The translations under genes were made by a program, and so were the position numbers. From assembly GCF_026626665.1 (NCBI RefSeq), contig NZ_JAPNKE010000002.1:3373168-3437167 (forward strand): DNA of 64,000 bases. Direction: 5' to 3'. Numbering within the stretch: position 1 is the stretch's first letter; each line of letters starts with the position of its first letter. Source of the stretch: Nannocystis pusilla (GTDB taxonomy: Bacteria > Myxococcota_A > Polyangia > Nannocystales > Nannocystaceae). Below the pieces are notes generated by a model. It was given only the letters and a program-made list of their open reading frames with translations. It did not search any database and was not told where the DNA came from. Below, piece after piece: positions 10,061 through 20,941 of the stretch.

Positions 10061-12100
10061 TCAGCTGATCTTCTCGCCCGGCAAGCTGCGCGGGTCGAGC
10101 TCGAGCACCGTGATCGCGTCGTCCTTCGCGCCCGACGCGAGGACCATGCCCTCGCTGACGCCGAACCGCATCTTGCGGGGCTTGAGGTTGGCGAACACGA
10201 CCACGTGCTTGCCCACCAGCTGTTCGGGCGCGTACGAGGCCGCGATCCCGCTGAAGATGTTGCGCTGCCCGAGCGGCCCGAGGTCGATCGTCAGCTGCAG
10301 CAGCTTGTCGGAGCCCTTCACCCGCGCCGCGGTGAGCACCTTGCCGACGCGGAGGTCGACGGCGGCAAACGCGTCGATGCTGGCCTCGGCCGCCAGCGGC
10401 TCGACCGTGTACGCCGGCACTTCCGGGGCCGCCGGAGCCGCGATCGTCTCCTTGCTGGCCTCGACGATCGCCTCGATCTTCTTGGGGTCGATGCGCTCGG
10501 CCAGCGTCACGTAGGCGCCGACCACCAGGCCCTCCGGCAGCGGCTCGATCGCGTTGACGAAGTCGAGCGGGGCCGGCAGGCGCAGGCCCTCTTCGATCGT
10601 CGCCGCCCACTTCGGCAGCACCGGCTTGAGGATCGCCGCGATCACCTTGCTCGCCCACATGCCCGCGGTGCAGACCGCCCGCGCCCGCTCGGGATCCTTG
10701 CCGACCACCTTCCACGGCTCCTGCGCCGTGATGTAGGCGTCGAACTCGCCGCCGATCTCGATCGCCAGGCGCAGCGCCTTGGCCGACTCGAAGTTGGCGT
10801 AGAGCGCCGGCACCTGCGCCAGCGCCTCACGGGCCTTCGCCATCAGCGGCTCGGCGTCGGCGGGGATCGGGCCGAGCTTGCCCTCCAGCCGACCGACCAG
10901 GAACTTCTGACAGCGGCTGGCGAGGTTGGCCGCCTTGTTGACCAGGTCGGTGTTCACCCGGCTGACGAAGTCGGCCAGGTCGAGGTCGATGTCGTCCTGC
11001 TCCGGCCCGAGCTTGGCCGCGAAGTAGTAGCGGAGGTAGTCGGCCGGCAGGTGGTCGAGGTACGTGCGCGCGAGGATGAAGGTCCCGCGCGTCTTCGACA
11101 TCTTCTCGCCGTTGACGGTCAGCCAGCCGTGCACGTTGATCCGCGTCGGCGTGGTGTAGCCGGCCGCGTGCAGCATCGCCGGCCAGAACAGCGCGTGGAA
11201 GTAGACGATGTCCTTGCCGATGACGTGGACGATCTCGGTGTCCTGGCTCTGATCGGCGCGCCAGTACGACGCGAACGAGGCGCGGTCGGGGTGCTCGTCG
11301 CACCACTTCTGGGTCGCGCCGATGTAGCCGACCGGCGCGTCGAACCACACGTAGAAGAACTTCTTGCCCTCGTAGCCGGGGATCGAGAAGCCGAAGTAAG
11401 GCGCGTCGCGGGAGATGTCCCAGTCGCGCAGGCCGTCGTCGACCCACCGCATCACGTAGTTGCGGACCGCCGACTGCAGCTTGGTCGAGTTCAGCCACTC
11501 GCGCAGGAAGCCCTCGAAGCGGCCGAGCGACACGAACAGGTGCTCCGAGTCGCGCAGCTCCGGCGTGGTCCCGCAGATCGCACAGTGCGGATCCTTGAGC
11601 TCGCTCGGGTTGTACGTGTGGCCGCACTTCTCGCAGACGTCGCCGTACTGGTCCGCCGAGGCGCAGTACGGGCAGGTGCCCTTGACGAAGCGGTCCGGCA
11701 GGAACATCTGGTCTTTGGGACAGTAGAGCTGCCGCGTGACCCGCTTCTCGATCTGCCCCGCCGCCTGCATCTTCTCGTAGATGAACTCGGCGTGCTTGCG
11801 GGTCTCGTCCGAGTGCGTGGTGTAGAAGATGTCCGACTCGATGCCGAAGTCGCGATAGACCTGCGCGTGCTCGGCGTGCATGCGCGCGACCAGGTCGGCC
11901 GGGTCCACGCCCTCACGCCGGGCGCGCAGCTCGATCGGCGTGCCGTGCGTGTCGACCGCCCACATGAAGATCACGTCCTCGCCGGCCAGCCGGCGCGCCC
12001 GCACGTGGACGTCGGTCTGGATGTACTCGAGCAGGTGCCCGAGGTGGGGCGAACCGTTGGCGTACGGGAGGGCGGCGGTGACGAGGACGCGGCGCGGCAT
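10061..12100 (-). CDS. metG: methionine--tRNA ligase
   Basis: Full-length 679 aa. HIGH motif (PYANGSPHLGHL), zinc knuckles (CPYC...CEKC, CAIC), KMSKT motif (KMSKTRG), and a C-terminal EMAP/Trbp111-like tRNA-binding domain. Confidence 0.95.
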   Translation of the reverse strand: MPRRVLVTAALPYANGSPHLGHLLEYIQTDVHVRARRLAGEDVIFMWAVDTHGTPIELRARREGVDPADLVARMHAEHAQVYRDFGIESDIFYTTHSDETRKHAEFIYEKMQAAGQIEKRVTRQLYCPKDQMFLPDRFVKGTCPYCASADQYGDVCEKCGHTYNPSELKDPHCAICGTTPELRDSEHLFVSLGRFEGFLREWLNSTKLQSAVRNYVMRWVDDGLRDWDISRDAPYFGFSIPGYEGKKFFYVWFDAPVGYIGATQKWCDEHPDRASFASYWRADQSQDTEIVHVIGKDIVYFHALFWPAMLHAAGYTTPTRINVHGWLTVNGEKMSKTRGTFILARTYLDHLPADYLRYYFAAKLGPEQDDIDLDLADFVSRVNTDLVNKAANLASRCQKFLVGRLEGKLGPIPADAEPLMAKAREALAQVPALYANFESAKALRLAIEIGGEFDAYITAQEPWKVVGKDPERARAVCTAGMWASKVIAAILKPVLPKWAATIEEGLRLPAPLDFVNAIEPLPEGLVVGAYVTLAERIDPKKIEAIVEASKETIAAPAAPEVPAYTVEPLAAEASIDAFAAVDLRVGKVLTAARVKGSDKLLQLTIDLGPLGQRNIFSGIAASYAPEQLVGKHVVVFANLKPRKMRFGVSEGMVLASGAKDDAITVLELDPRSLPGEKIS

Positions 12101-12168
12101 CGCGGGCGCCTATAGCACGCTTCGCCCGCGGCCGGCGAGGAAGGCCGGCGGAGCGGCCCGAAACGGCC

Positions 12169-12684
12169 TCAGGCGCCTGACGGCTCCGGCCCTCGCGCGT
12201 CGCGGGCGGCGGTGATCTGCGCCTCCAGGCCCTCGAGCTGCTCGAGCAGCCCCTTCGCGGTGGTGCAGCGGCGCTCCATCTGCGCCACGAGGTCGCCGAC
12301 CTGGTTCGACAGCACCTGGATCAGCTCGGGGAACAGATCGACGGCCGCGTGCCTGAGCACGCGCGGCGCCTGCAGCAGCGGGATCACGTTGCCCGGGTTC
12401 TCCGAGGCCAGCGCGATCTTCGACTCGAGGATCTTCACCGTCTTGATGACGAGGTGGTACTCGCCCTGGACGCGCAGGTAGCCGAGGAAGCACAGCTCGA
12501 TGACTCGCTTGCCGTCGCGTCCGGTCGACATCGACTCCTGCAGCGGCCGCGGGTGGACGTAGTCCATGCCGATCATCAGGCGGCCCAGGGCCTTGTCGAT
12601 CGCCGAGATCAGCGCGTTGAGCTGATCGGACCCCTCGTTGAGCCGCTGCGCGGCTTGCCCGAGCTGGTTTAGCCTCTCGTTCAT
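12169..12684 (-). CDS. hypothetical protein (coiled-coil N- and C-termini)
   Basis: 171-aa ORF from MNERLNQLGQ...; immediately upstream of and co-oriented with metG; no recognised domain. Confidence 0.45.
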   Translation of the reverse strand: MNERLNQLGQAAQRLNEGSDQLNALISAIDKALGRLMIGMDYVHPRPLQESMSTGRDGKRVIELCFLGYLRVQGEYHLVIKTVKILESKIALASENPGNVIPLLQAPRVLRHAAVDLFPELIQVLSNQVGDLVAQMERRCTTAKGLLEQLEGLEAQITAARDARGPEPSGA

Positions 12685-12964
12685 CACGAAAACCTCGTGT
12701 CTGCCCGTCAGGGCGAAGGTGCCGGCTCCCGCCGGAGTGGCGCTCGCCACCACCGCGACGGTACCGCTGCGGCGGTCGCGGCGACAAGCCGGCCTCCTTC
12801 GCGGCAAAAGGCGCGAGCCTGCGCCCGGTCCGGTTCCGCGCCGGTGATCCTGCGCCGCTGCCGCGGAGACATGTGCGAGTGGTTCGCACGCGGGCGGCGG
12901 CCAGGCGAGCGCCGGGCGCCATGCGCACCGTCGGCCGCGCGAGCGTCACGCCCCGACCGCGCGA

Positions 12965-15510
12965 TCAGAAGTCGATGTTGTCCTCGACGCGCAGGTCGAC
13001 CGTGTTCTGCCAGCGCGGCAGCGAACCGCCGTACATCAGGGCATACGCGGCCTGCACCTCGAGCACGCGGCGGGTGTAGTTGGCCGTCTCGCGGAACGGG
13101 ATCTCGGCGATGAAGACGTCGAGCTCGAGCGGGGCCGAGCTCGAGCCCTTGGCGGCCAGCCAGCGGGCGACGTTGAAGGGGCCGCCGTTGTAGCTCGCGT
13201 AAGCCAGCGCGGCCTGGCCGTGGAACTTGTGCAGCAGCTCGGCGAAGTAATAGGCCGACAGGCGCACGTTGTGCTCCTCGTCGAACAGCGCGTCGACGTC
13301 GAACGACTCGCCGAGGCGCGCCGCCAGCTGCTGGCCGGTCCACGGCATGATCTGGATGGCCCCGCGCGCGCCCGACGACGACACCACGTGCCGGCGGAAC
13401 CGCGACTCGGTGTACATCAAGGCCCACAGGTGCGTCGGGTCGAAGGCGCGGGCGGTGGCCTCGCGCTCGACCGCCTCGCGGAACGCCCGCGGGTGCCAGC
13501 GCGCCTTGTACGAGCCGGCCGTCGCAGGCATCAGGCGGCTGCGGCGGTACGGCTCGTCGAGCGCCCACGTCAGCGCGAACAGCCCCTCGCGCAGCGTCTC
13601 GCCGGCCCCGCGCTCGCGCACCAGCTTGCGCGCGTCCTTCGGCAGGCCGAGGCGCGGCTGCTTCCACGTCGACTTCCAGCTCAGCCCCACCACCAGGTCT
13701 TCGTGGCGCGGGACCCATCCGCCGCGATCGAGCCCGTAGAGGCCCTCGTAGGCGTCGACCGCGACCCGCAGCTCGCGGCGCGCCTCGTCGAGCAGGCCGG
13801 CGGCGTGGAGCGCCGCGCCGCGGGCCAGCGCCGGGAAGGCCCAGCCGAACTCGCCGGCCAGCGCCTCGAAGGTCGCGCGCGTGGCCGCGAAGTCGGGCGC
13901 CGGGTTCGCCTCTGCGGGCACCGGGGCGAGCGCCGGCAGCGGCCCCGGATCGGCGCCGATGTCGAGCAGCCGCTGGCGCGCCTGCAGGCCGTAGTAGCCG
14001 AGCGGATCCTCGGCCACGAGCTGTCGCAGCAGGCGCTCGGCCTCGCCGCGATCGGGGGTCTGCTCCTCGCCCGCCTCGCCCGTCGCCTTCGCGCCGGCGC
14101 CGGCGGCCAGCAGCGCGCGGGCGCGGAAGTAGCGAGCGGCGCGGGCCTGGTCGGCCGGCAGGCGGCGCTCCGCGCTGGCGAACGCGGTCGCGGCGGCGTC
14201 GAAGTCGCCGAGGCGGAAGTCGAGCCAGGCGTCGAGCCACAGCCCCTCGCCGCGCTGGCGCTCCTTCGCCGGCGTGCGCCCGAGCAGCTCGCGCGCCTTC
14301 TCGTAGCGGCCGCCGCGGACCGCCTGACGGATCGCCTCCCACAGCGCCGCGCGCCCGGCCCCGCCCTTGCGCCCGGCCTGCTCGGTCCAGATCGCCAGCG
14401 CCTCGTCGTAGCGCCCGGCCTTGTCGAGGCAGCGCAGCAGGTCGCCGCGGAGGTCGCCCGAGGCTGACTTTTGAACAGGACCGAAAGGTCATCCGCGCAC
14501 GCGCCGTAGTCGTGGGCGCGCGAGGCGGTCGACGCCCGCGAGCGCAACGCGACCTCTCGGACATGTCCCGGAGTTTTGGAATCTTCGACCAGGTCCGTCA
14601 GGACCTGGCGCGACAGCGTCATGTCGCGCGAGCGGCGGGCCGCGGCCGCGCGGTCGAGCTGCTCGGCCGCGCTGTAGCGGACCGGGCGCCCGAGCTCCGC
14701 CAGCGCCGCCTCGGCGCCGACGGCCGCCTCGGTGCCGGCGCGCCAGATCGCCACGGTGCGCAGCGCCTTGACCGCGTCGGCGGTCTTGCCCTCGCGCGCG
14801 ATCGCCTGCGCTCGCAGCAGCTCGAGGCCGGCGACGTCCGGGTGCTCGGGGTAATCGCGCAGCACCTCGGTCAGCGCCTTGACTGCGCGGCGCGCCGCCG
14901 CCGGGCCCTCGATCGCCGCCATCGTCCGCGCCCGCGCGACTCGCATCGGCGCCGCGTTGCGCACCGGCTCGTGGTCGATCGCCCGCTCCCACGCCGCTAC
15001 CGCCTGCTTGCGCAGCGCGTCGGCCTCGGCGCTCGGGGCCGACGCCGCCGCCTCGACCAGCGCCTGGGCGTACTCGTGAAGCACCACCTCGTGCGGCCAC
15101 GACTTGGCCGGCCGCCGCTCCGCCGCCAGCTCGGCCAGCGCCTGCACCGCTTCGGCCGGGCGCCCGAGCTCGCGGGCGGCGCGGGCCTTCGTCAGGCGCT
15201 GCACGGAGGCTTGCAGCGAACCGACGGGCGCGGGCTCGTGAGCCAGGCGCGCGAGCGCGGCCTCGGGTTCGCCGCGCGCCAGCAAGGCCGCCGCGGAGAC
15301 CTCCGCAGGCGCCTGGGGCGGCAGGGCGGCTGCCGGTGGGGCCTGGGTCCCTGCGGTCGGCGGGCGGGCGCTGAGGGGGATCTGATTGACCCCCCGATGC
15401 ACGCGCTCGGCTTCGGGGGTGAGCGCCGCGGGTCGACAGGCGAGCAGCGCCGTGGTCGCCATGCACAGCGTCAGGGCAGACATCCGCTTCGGGTGGCTCG
15501 CCGGCGCCAT
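12965..15510 (-). CDS. soluble lytic murein transglycosylase (Slt70-like: signal peptide + TPR-like superhelical domain + SLT catalytic domain)
   Basis: N-terminal signal peptide (MSALTLCMATTALLAC) and Ala/Leu-rich TPR-like repeats. C-terminal SLT motif (ESRFRRHVVSSSGARGAIQIMPWTG...YNGGP). The two halves are in different frames and join at an A4/A5 run near 14467. The joined frame reads ...VLFKKSASGDLRGDLLRCLDKAGRYDEALAIW... Confidence 0.8.
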
Positions 15511-15639
15511 GGTCCCCTCAAACTAGCACAGCCCCCGGGACGCGCCGAGAAACCGGTCCCCGCTCTCGCCGCGAGGCGCCTGTCCCCGGAGACCGGTCCG
15601 CCCCAGGAGGCCGCGAGGACGAAGCGTGCAGCCGCAGTC

Positions 15640-16110
15640 GCGGCGGCCTCCCCGTTCGCGCCGGAGCGCCGCGATCGATCGCCCGGAGCTCGAAGATGAC
15701 GCGAGCGTCACCCGCGTCCTCCCGTTCGCGCCGGAGCGCCGCGATCGATCGCCCGGAGCTCGAAGATGACGCGAGCGTCACCCGCGTCCTCCCGTTCGCG
15801 CCGGCGTACCCGCGGCCGATCGGCGTTGCGAACGGAGCCGCTCCCCGCCTCCCTCTCGCGCCGCCGCCAGGACACGACGCCGAGCGCTCCTGCGATACGA
15901 GGCCGTTTTCCGCGGGTGCGGCGACCTCCCCGTTCGCGCCACCGGGCACGCCCTTGCGATACGAGGTCGATCCCGCGGGTGCGGCGGCCTCCCCGTTCGC
16001 GCCTCCGGACACGCCCTTGCGATACGAGGACGATCCCGCGAGTGCGGCGGCCTCCCCGTTCGCCGCTCGCGCGGCCGAGCGACCCTGTGCGACGAGGACG
16101 CCCCCTGCGC
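15640..16110. repeat. degenerate tandem (minisatellite-like) repeat tract
   Basis: Exact 70-bp tandem duplication (15651-15720 = 15721-15790). It is followed by about 4 copies of a roughly 60-bp unit (cctccccgttcgcgcc...acgcccttgcgatacgagg.cgatcccgcg.gtgcggcgg). Units, including the inter-repeat sequence, are themselves repeated, so this is not CRISPR-like. Confidence 0.8.
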
Positions 16111-16603
16111 CCACGACGGTCTCCCTTCGCGCCGCCGTGAACACGGCCGCGCTCCCGCGCGACGAGGATGACCGTCGCGGCGCGGTCGAGCGTCCTGCGG
16201 AACGAGGCCGATCTTCTCACGATCGCGGCGGCCTCCCCGTCGCGCCCACGTGAATCGCTCGCGCGACGGCCGGCGCGCGACGACCTGTACGCGACGATCG
16301 GCGCGATCGTGGCCTGCCTCGGCCGATCCTCCGCGCGCCGCTCTGGCCGCGAGCCTGGGGCCAGGCGGCACGGGGCGCGCGGGCAAGTGACAGTGGAAGC
16401 GCGCGACATGACCCTACAGACATGTCCGAAGGGCTCCCACGAAATCGCATCAGGCCGGCCCGCCCGCGATTCACCGTAGTGGACGTGGTTGCGGTCGAAT
16501 TCGCCGAAGCGATCGGGGCTCGGGCGAAAATGTGGGCCGTCCGCGTGCGGACCCGAAAATGCACCGAGCGATAATGTTGCGACTGCTGTGCTCGCTTTTC
16601 GGT

Positions 16604-16633
16604 TTGACAAGCACCGTCGGCACGGACAAGAAT
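16604..16633 (+). promoter_or_regulatory. candidate sigma70-type promoter (TTGACA-N17/18-cAAGAAT)
   Basis: TTGACA at 16604-16609 and AAGAAT at 16628-16633, in a locally GC-poor stretch. Confidence 0.3.
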
Positions 16634-16639
16634 GGAAGC

Positions 16640-16838
16640 GTCGGTCGGTCCTCCTCTCTGCACCCCGGTGCACGGCTGCCGGCCGCGATTCAAGCCCGAG
16701 CATCTCGGTCTTGATAAGCCGGCAGTCTTCGGTCCTTCGCGGCTGAAGGGTGTACCGTGGTGAGAGGAGGCCCGATCGAATTCGAGGTGTGTTGTTGAGG
16801 CGTGAGCGGGCACGGATGAGGACCGTGCCCGCTTTTTT
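16640..16838 (+). ncRNA. candidate small RNA (about 200 nt) ending at an intrinsic terminator
   Basis: No plausible ORF and GC-poor relative to the surroundings. A promoter-like element lies upstream, and a canonical terminator sits at the 3' end. Identity unknown. Confidence 0.3.
16804..16838 (+). terminator. Rho-independent terminator
   Basis: AGCGGGCACGG-atgagga-CCGTGCCCGCT hairpin (11-bp GC-rich stem) followed by TTTTTT. Confidence 0.7.
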
Positions 16839-16959
16839 CGTGCTCGCGGTGGTTGTGCCTACATCGTGACCCGCGGTCCTGACCGGCTGTCACGTGGAGA
16901 CTGCACCCTACCCCGATCGCGGCGACCTGCACGGGGCCAGGCCGCCGCGGGCGGGCTAT

Positions 16960-19139
16960 TCACGGGGCCTTGAGCGTCAGCGTGTAGTCGCCGGCGCCGC
17001 TGGCCGACACGACCTGCCAGGTGTAGTGGCCGGCGGTGCCCTGATAGGTGACCGACTCGTTGTTGGTCGGGCCCTCCGACTTGGCGACCTTGGCCCAGGT
17101 GGAGCCGTTCCACTTGTAGAGGTAGAGATCGAAGTCGGCCCCGGCCGGGCCGGCGAGACAGCCGGTGTGCGACCCGCTCGCCTTCGTGGAGTAGTACGAG
17201 CCGCCCGGCTCGAACTGGTCCTTGCCGCTGCCGCTCAGGTTGCCCTTGAAGGGCGTGCCCGAACAGCTCTGCTCGCCCCCGTCGCCGCCGTCGCCGCCGC
17301 CGTCGCCATTGGGGCCACCCGGCACGCCCACCGCCGTCCACGCGGCGTGGACCGCCGCGACCGCCTCGGCGTCGTAGAGCTCGGAGGCCGCCTGAGCCGT
17401 CGCGTCGCGAGCGTCCTGGAAGGTCGCGTTGGAGTTGAGGTAGTTCGTCAGCGCGCGGTAGAAGATCTGCGCCGCCTTGTCGATGCCGAGCGCCGGCACC
17501 ACCGTGTTCGTCTTGTTGCGCGGGTGCTTGCCCCCCTGCGACAGCAGGTAGAACGCCAGGTTGGCGATGCCCGAATTGATGTGGACGCCGCCGTTGTCCT
17601 GCTGGCCGGTGTAGCGCTCCGGGTAGTAATCGTACGACTGCTTGTCCTGGGTCGGATTGGACATGTAGCGCATCGCGTCATTGGCCACACCCGGCGTCCA
17701 GCAGGTCTCGGCGAGCAGCCAGGTCTTGGCCGACACGCCGTTCTTGAAGGCGTCGACGGCCGCCGCCATGATGTCCGACATCGCCTCGTTGAGCGCGCCC
17801 GACTGGTTCTGGTAGACGAGGCTGGCCTCGTACTGCGTGACCGCGTGGGTCAGCTCGTGAGCGACCACGTCCAGGTCCTGCGCGAACGGGCTGGCGTAGT
17901 AGCCGTCGCCGTCGCCGTAGACCATCTGCTGGCCGTTCCAGAACGCGTTGACGTAGTTCTTCGAGTAATGGACGGTCGAGTGGATGGTCGCGCCGGCGGC
18001 GTCGAAGCTGTCGCGGCCGAACTTGGCCAGGTAGAAGTCGTGCGTCACGCCCGAGAGGTCGTGGGCGGCCTGGGCGACCTTGTCGTCGGACGCGCCGCCC
18101 TCGCTGACGATCAGCTTGCCCGGCAGCTTGGTGCCGTTATTGGCGTTGTAGACCTTGCGGTGCTTGACGTGGTGGATCTGCGGGTGACGGGCCACCATCT
18201 CGCCGCTCACGGCGTCCGCGAACACGATGTCGCGCTGCGGGCCCTCCTCGTCCTCGTACTCGACCACCGCCTGCCAGGCCAGGCGCGGGCCGGCCTCGGT
18301 CACCACGTAGACGAGCTCGGGCGCGTCGACGCTGACCCACTCGGCGGCCAGGCGGCCCGCCACCGCCTCGATCGCCTCGTCGGGATCGAGGGTCGGCGCC
18401 AGCGGCAGCGCCTCGGCCGGGACGACGCGACCGGTGACCGCCTGGACCTGCCCGCTGAGCGCGTCGGCGTGGACCGTCAGCTCGCCGCCGACCACCGGCA
18501 GGTCGTGGAGGTACTGCCGGAAGCGCACGTGGACCTTGCCGAGCGAGTCGGTGTGGTGGCGGACCGCCTCGAGGTCGGTCTCGTCGCCGAGGCGGAACAC
18601 CGGCGCCATGTCGGCCAGCCAGCCGCGGGCGCTCTCCCGCACGTTGCCGCCGCGGGTCAGCGTCCCGAGGTCGCCGGCGATGAAGCGCGGCACGCCGGCC
18701 TCGTCGGCCTGCACCCGGTCGACCCGCGGCAGGCGGCCGAGCGCCTGGCTCTGCGACCACACGAAGGTCGCCGTCCCGCCCGCCGAGGTCGCGGCCGCGA
18801 CCATCTCGCCGTCGAGCTCGAACGCGAAGTCGGCGGCCGCTCCGGCGGTCTGCACGCCCCAGCGCCCGCCGTGACGGACCAGCAGGTCTTGCACGAGCGC
18901 GGGCCGCTCGTCGCCGCTGCGCACGGATACGCGGGTGAAGTCGATCGGCCCGTCGACCAACGCGAAGCGCACTGCCCCTTCGGACAGGTCGAGCTCGAGG
19001 ACCTCGCCTGGGCCGAGCGCCGCCACGTCGTCGGCGGTGACGGTGCGAGACTCGGTTTCAGCGGCGATCCCCCCTCGTGGCAGGCGGACAGCAGACAGGC
19101 GGAGACGGCAGAGACGATGACGCGACGAGCGGACATGAG
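16960..19139 (-). CDS. M4 (thermolysin-like) zinc metalloprotease, lipoprotein/secreted, with C-terminal pre-peptidase (PPC)-like domain
   Basis: HEXXH (VVAHELTHAV), GALNEAMSD (glutamate third zinc ligand), a FTP/PepSY-like propeptide region, and a C-terminal Gly-rich linker + PPC-like domain. The signal peptide/lipobox (MSARRVIVSAVSACLLSAC) is in a different frame and joins at a G6/G7 run near 19060. Confidence 0.88.
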
Positions 19140-19379
19140 ACCCCCTGGGGCCATCGGACAGGGTCTAAAGACCCTGGCCGAACGACCATGGTGAAAAGGA
19201 CATTGCCGGAGAGGCAGCCTCAGGTCAGCTCACCTGAGACCGCACCACCATAATCGTCGCGTGCTGCGCAGCGCAACCATTCACGCACCCCCGGATCACG
19301 CCTTGGTTCGGTGAGACCGCGAGCACAGAGCGGCCGCACGGACGCACTTCACGCGCATGGATGCGAAAGCCAATACAAT

Positions 19380-19510
19380 TTTTCGCGGTCTGGACAGGTT
19401 TTGGCGGCAACTACGACGATCCCACGGTCGGCGTCCGCGGCGCCGACAAGAAAATTGTAGATCAATACATATTCTTACTCTATTGATTAGAGCGCACCTG
19501 ACCGCAATGC
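19380..19510. promoter_or_regulatory. AT-rich island in the upstream region of the M4 protease gene
   Basis: A locally AT-rich stretch (caagaaaattgtagatcaatacatattcttactctattgattagagcgc) stands out in a 70% GC genome. It is positioned 250-370 bp upstream of the protease start on the minus strand. Confidence 0.35.
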
Positions 19511-19558
19511 ATGATCAACCAACCATGCTCACAGGTCTGCGGTCAGAAGAGATCTCCT

Positions 19559-20941
19559 CTACCCGCCGTCGGCGGTGTCATCGCCGACGATTCCGGCATC
19601 CGGCGCGCGGCGCGACCACAACCAGTAGACAGGCACGCCGGACAGCACGATGGCGCAGTCGACGACGAATTCCCGCGGCTGCGACAGGGCGTAGTTGCCG
19701 AGCAGGAACACGGAGGCGGCCAGGAACAGCAGCGGCACCCACGGGTAGCCGAACGTCCGGTACGGCCGCGGCAGGTCGGGGCGCTTGCGCCGCAGGACGA
19801 ACACGGCGGCCACGCTGAGCGCGTAGAACGGCCAGATGCCGATCACGAATTGCCTCGCCAGCTCGGCGAAGCTGTGGACCGAGACGAACACGATCCCGAG
19901 CGCGGCGCCGAGGACGATGCTGGCCGAGGGCGTGCCGTGGCGCGGGTGGACCTGGGCCAGCCGGCGAAAGAACAGCCGGTCCTCCGCCATGGCGTAGAAC
20001 ACCCGGGGCCCGGTCATCATCGACCCGTTGAGGGTGCCGAAGGTGCTGATCATGACGGCCGCGGCCACCAGAGTGGTGCCGAGCGAGCCGATCAGGGCGG
20101 CGGCGGTGTCGGCGGCGACCAGCTGCGCACGGGCCATCTGCTCCAGCGGGATGACCCGCAGGTACACGAGGTTGGCCGCGAGGTAGAGCGCGACGACCGC
20201 GGCGGTCCCGAGGATGAACACCCGCGGGAGCGTGCGCTGCGGATCGCAGACCTCGCCGCTCACGAAGCCGACGTCGCACCAGCCGTCGTAGGCCCAGAGG
20301 ATAGCGACCATCGCCAGGACGAAGGCCCCGTCGGCTGTCGGCGCCGCGACCGCGGCCGCCGGGACAGTCGCCTCCGGGGCCAGCAGGAGGCCGAGCGCGA
20401 CCAGCCCGAGCAGCGCCGCGACCTTCAGCGCGGTGCTGACGTTCTGCACGAGGGCCCCGAACTCGACGCCGCGGCGGTTGACCGCGGCGACCGTGGCGAT
20501 CATCGCCACCGCCACCACCTGGGCCCGCGACAGCGGTCCGAGCGCCGGCGGCGCTTCGTCGATGCCGAACGTGCGCAGCAGGTACTCGGCCGAGGTCACC
20601 GCGATCGCGCCGTACGCGGCCGGGCGCAGGATGAGCAGCTCGGCCCAGCCGAACAGGAAGGCCGGCAGCTTGCCGAACGCCTCGCGCAGGTAGACGTAGA
20701 TGCCGCCGCTGCGGGGATAGAGGATCGCCAGCTCGGCGACGGTCAATGCGCCGGCCAGGGCGACCACGCCGCCGGCGACCCACGCGAGGACGAACAGGGT
20801 CAGGTCGTCGATGTGGCCGGCGATCTCCGCCGGGGTCCGGAAGATGCCGCTGCCGATCGTCGAGCCGACCAGCACCGCGACGGTGCTGGCGAGGCCGAGC
20901 TTGCGAGGCAACCGCTCGCCCCAGGGGTCAGGGGCCTGCAT
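19559..20941 (-). CDS. APC-family amino acid permease
   Basis: 460 aa with about 12 predicted TM helices and an N-terminal GSGIF signature; intact ORF. Confidence 0.9.
   Translation of the reverse strand: MQAPDPWGERLPRKLGLASTVAVLVGSTIGSGIFRTPAEIAGHIDDLTLFVLAWVAGGVVALAGALTVAELAILYPRSGGIYVYLREAFGKLPAFLFGWAELLILRPAAYGAIAVTSAEYLLRTFGIDEAPPALGPLSRAQVVAVAMIATVAAVNRRGVEFGALVQNVSTALKVAALLGLVALGLLLAPEATVPAAAVAAPTADGAFVLAMVAILWAYDGWCDVGFVSGEVCDPQRTLPRVFILGTAAVVALYLAANLVYLRVIPLEQMARAQLVAADTAAALIGSLGTTLVAAAVMISTFGTLNGSMMTGPRVFYAMAEDRLFFRRLAQVHPRHGTPSASIVLGAALGIVFVSVHSFAELARQFVIGIWPFYALSVAAVFVLRRKRPDLPRPYRTFGYPWVPLLFLAASVFLLGNYALSQPREFVVDCAIVLSGVPVYWLWSRRAPDAGIVGDDTADGG

Noticed and set aside
15640-16110. 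Possible CRISPR array (regularly spaced short repeats); also considered for 57800-58400
   Set aside because: The 'spacers' are themselves repeated, since whole 60-120-bp units recur. The repeat lengths are irregular, and no cas genes are present in the window.
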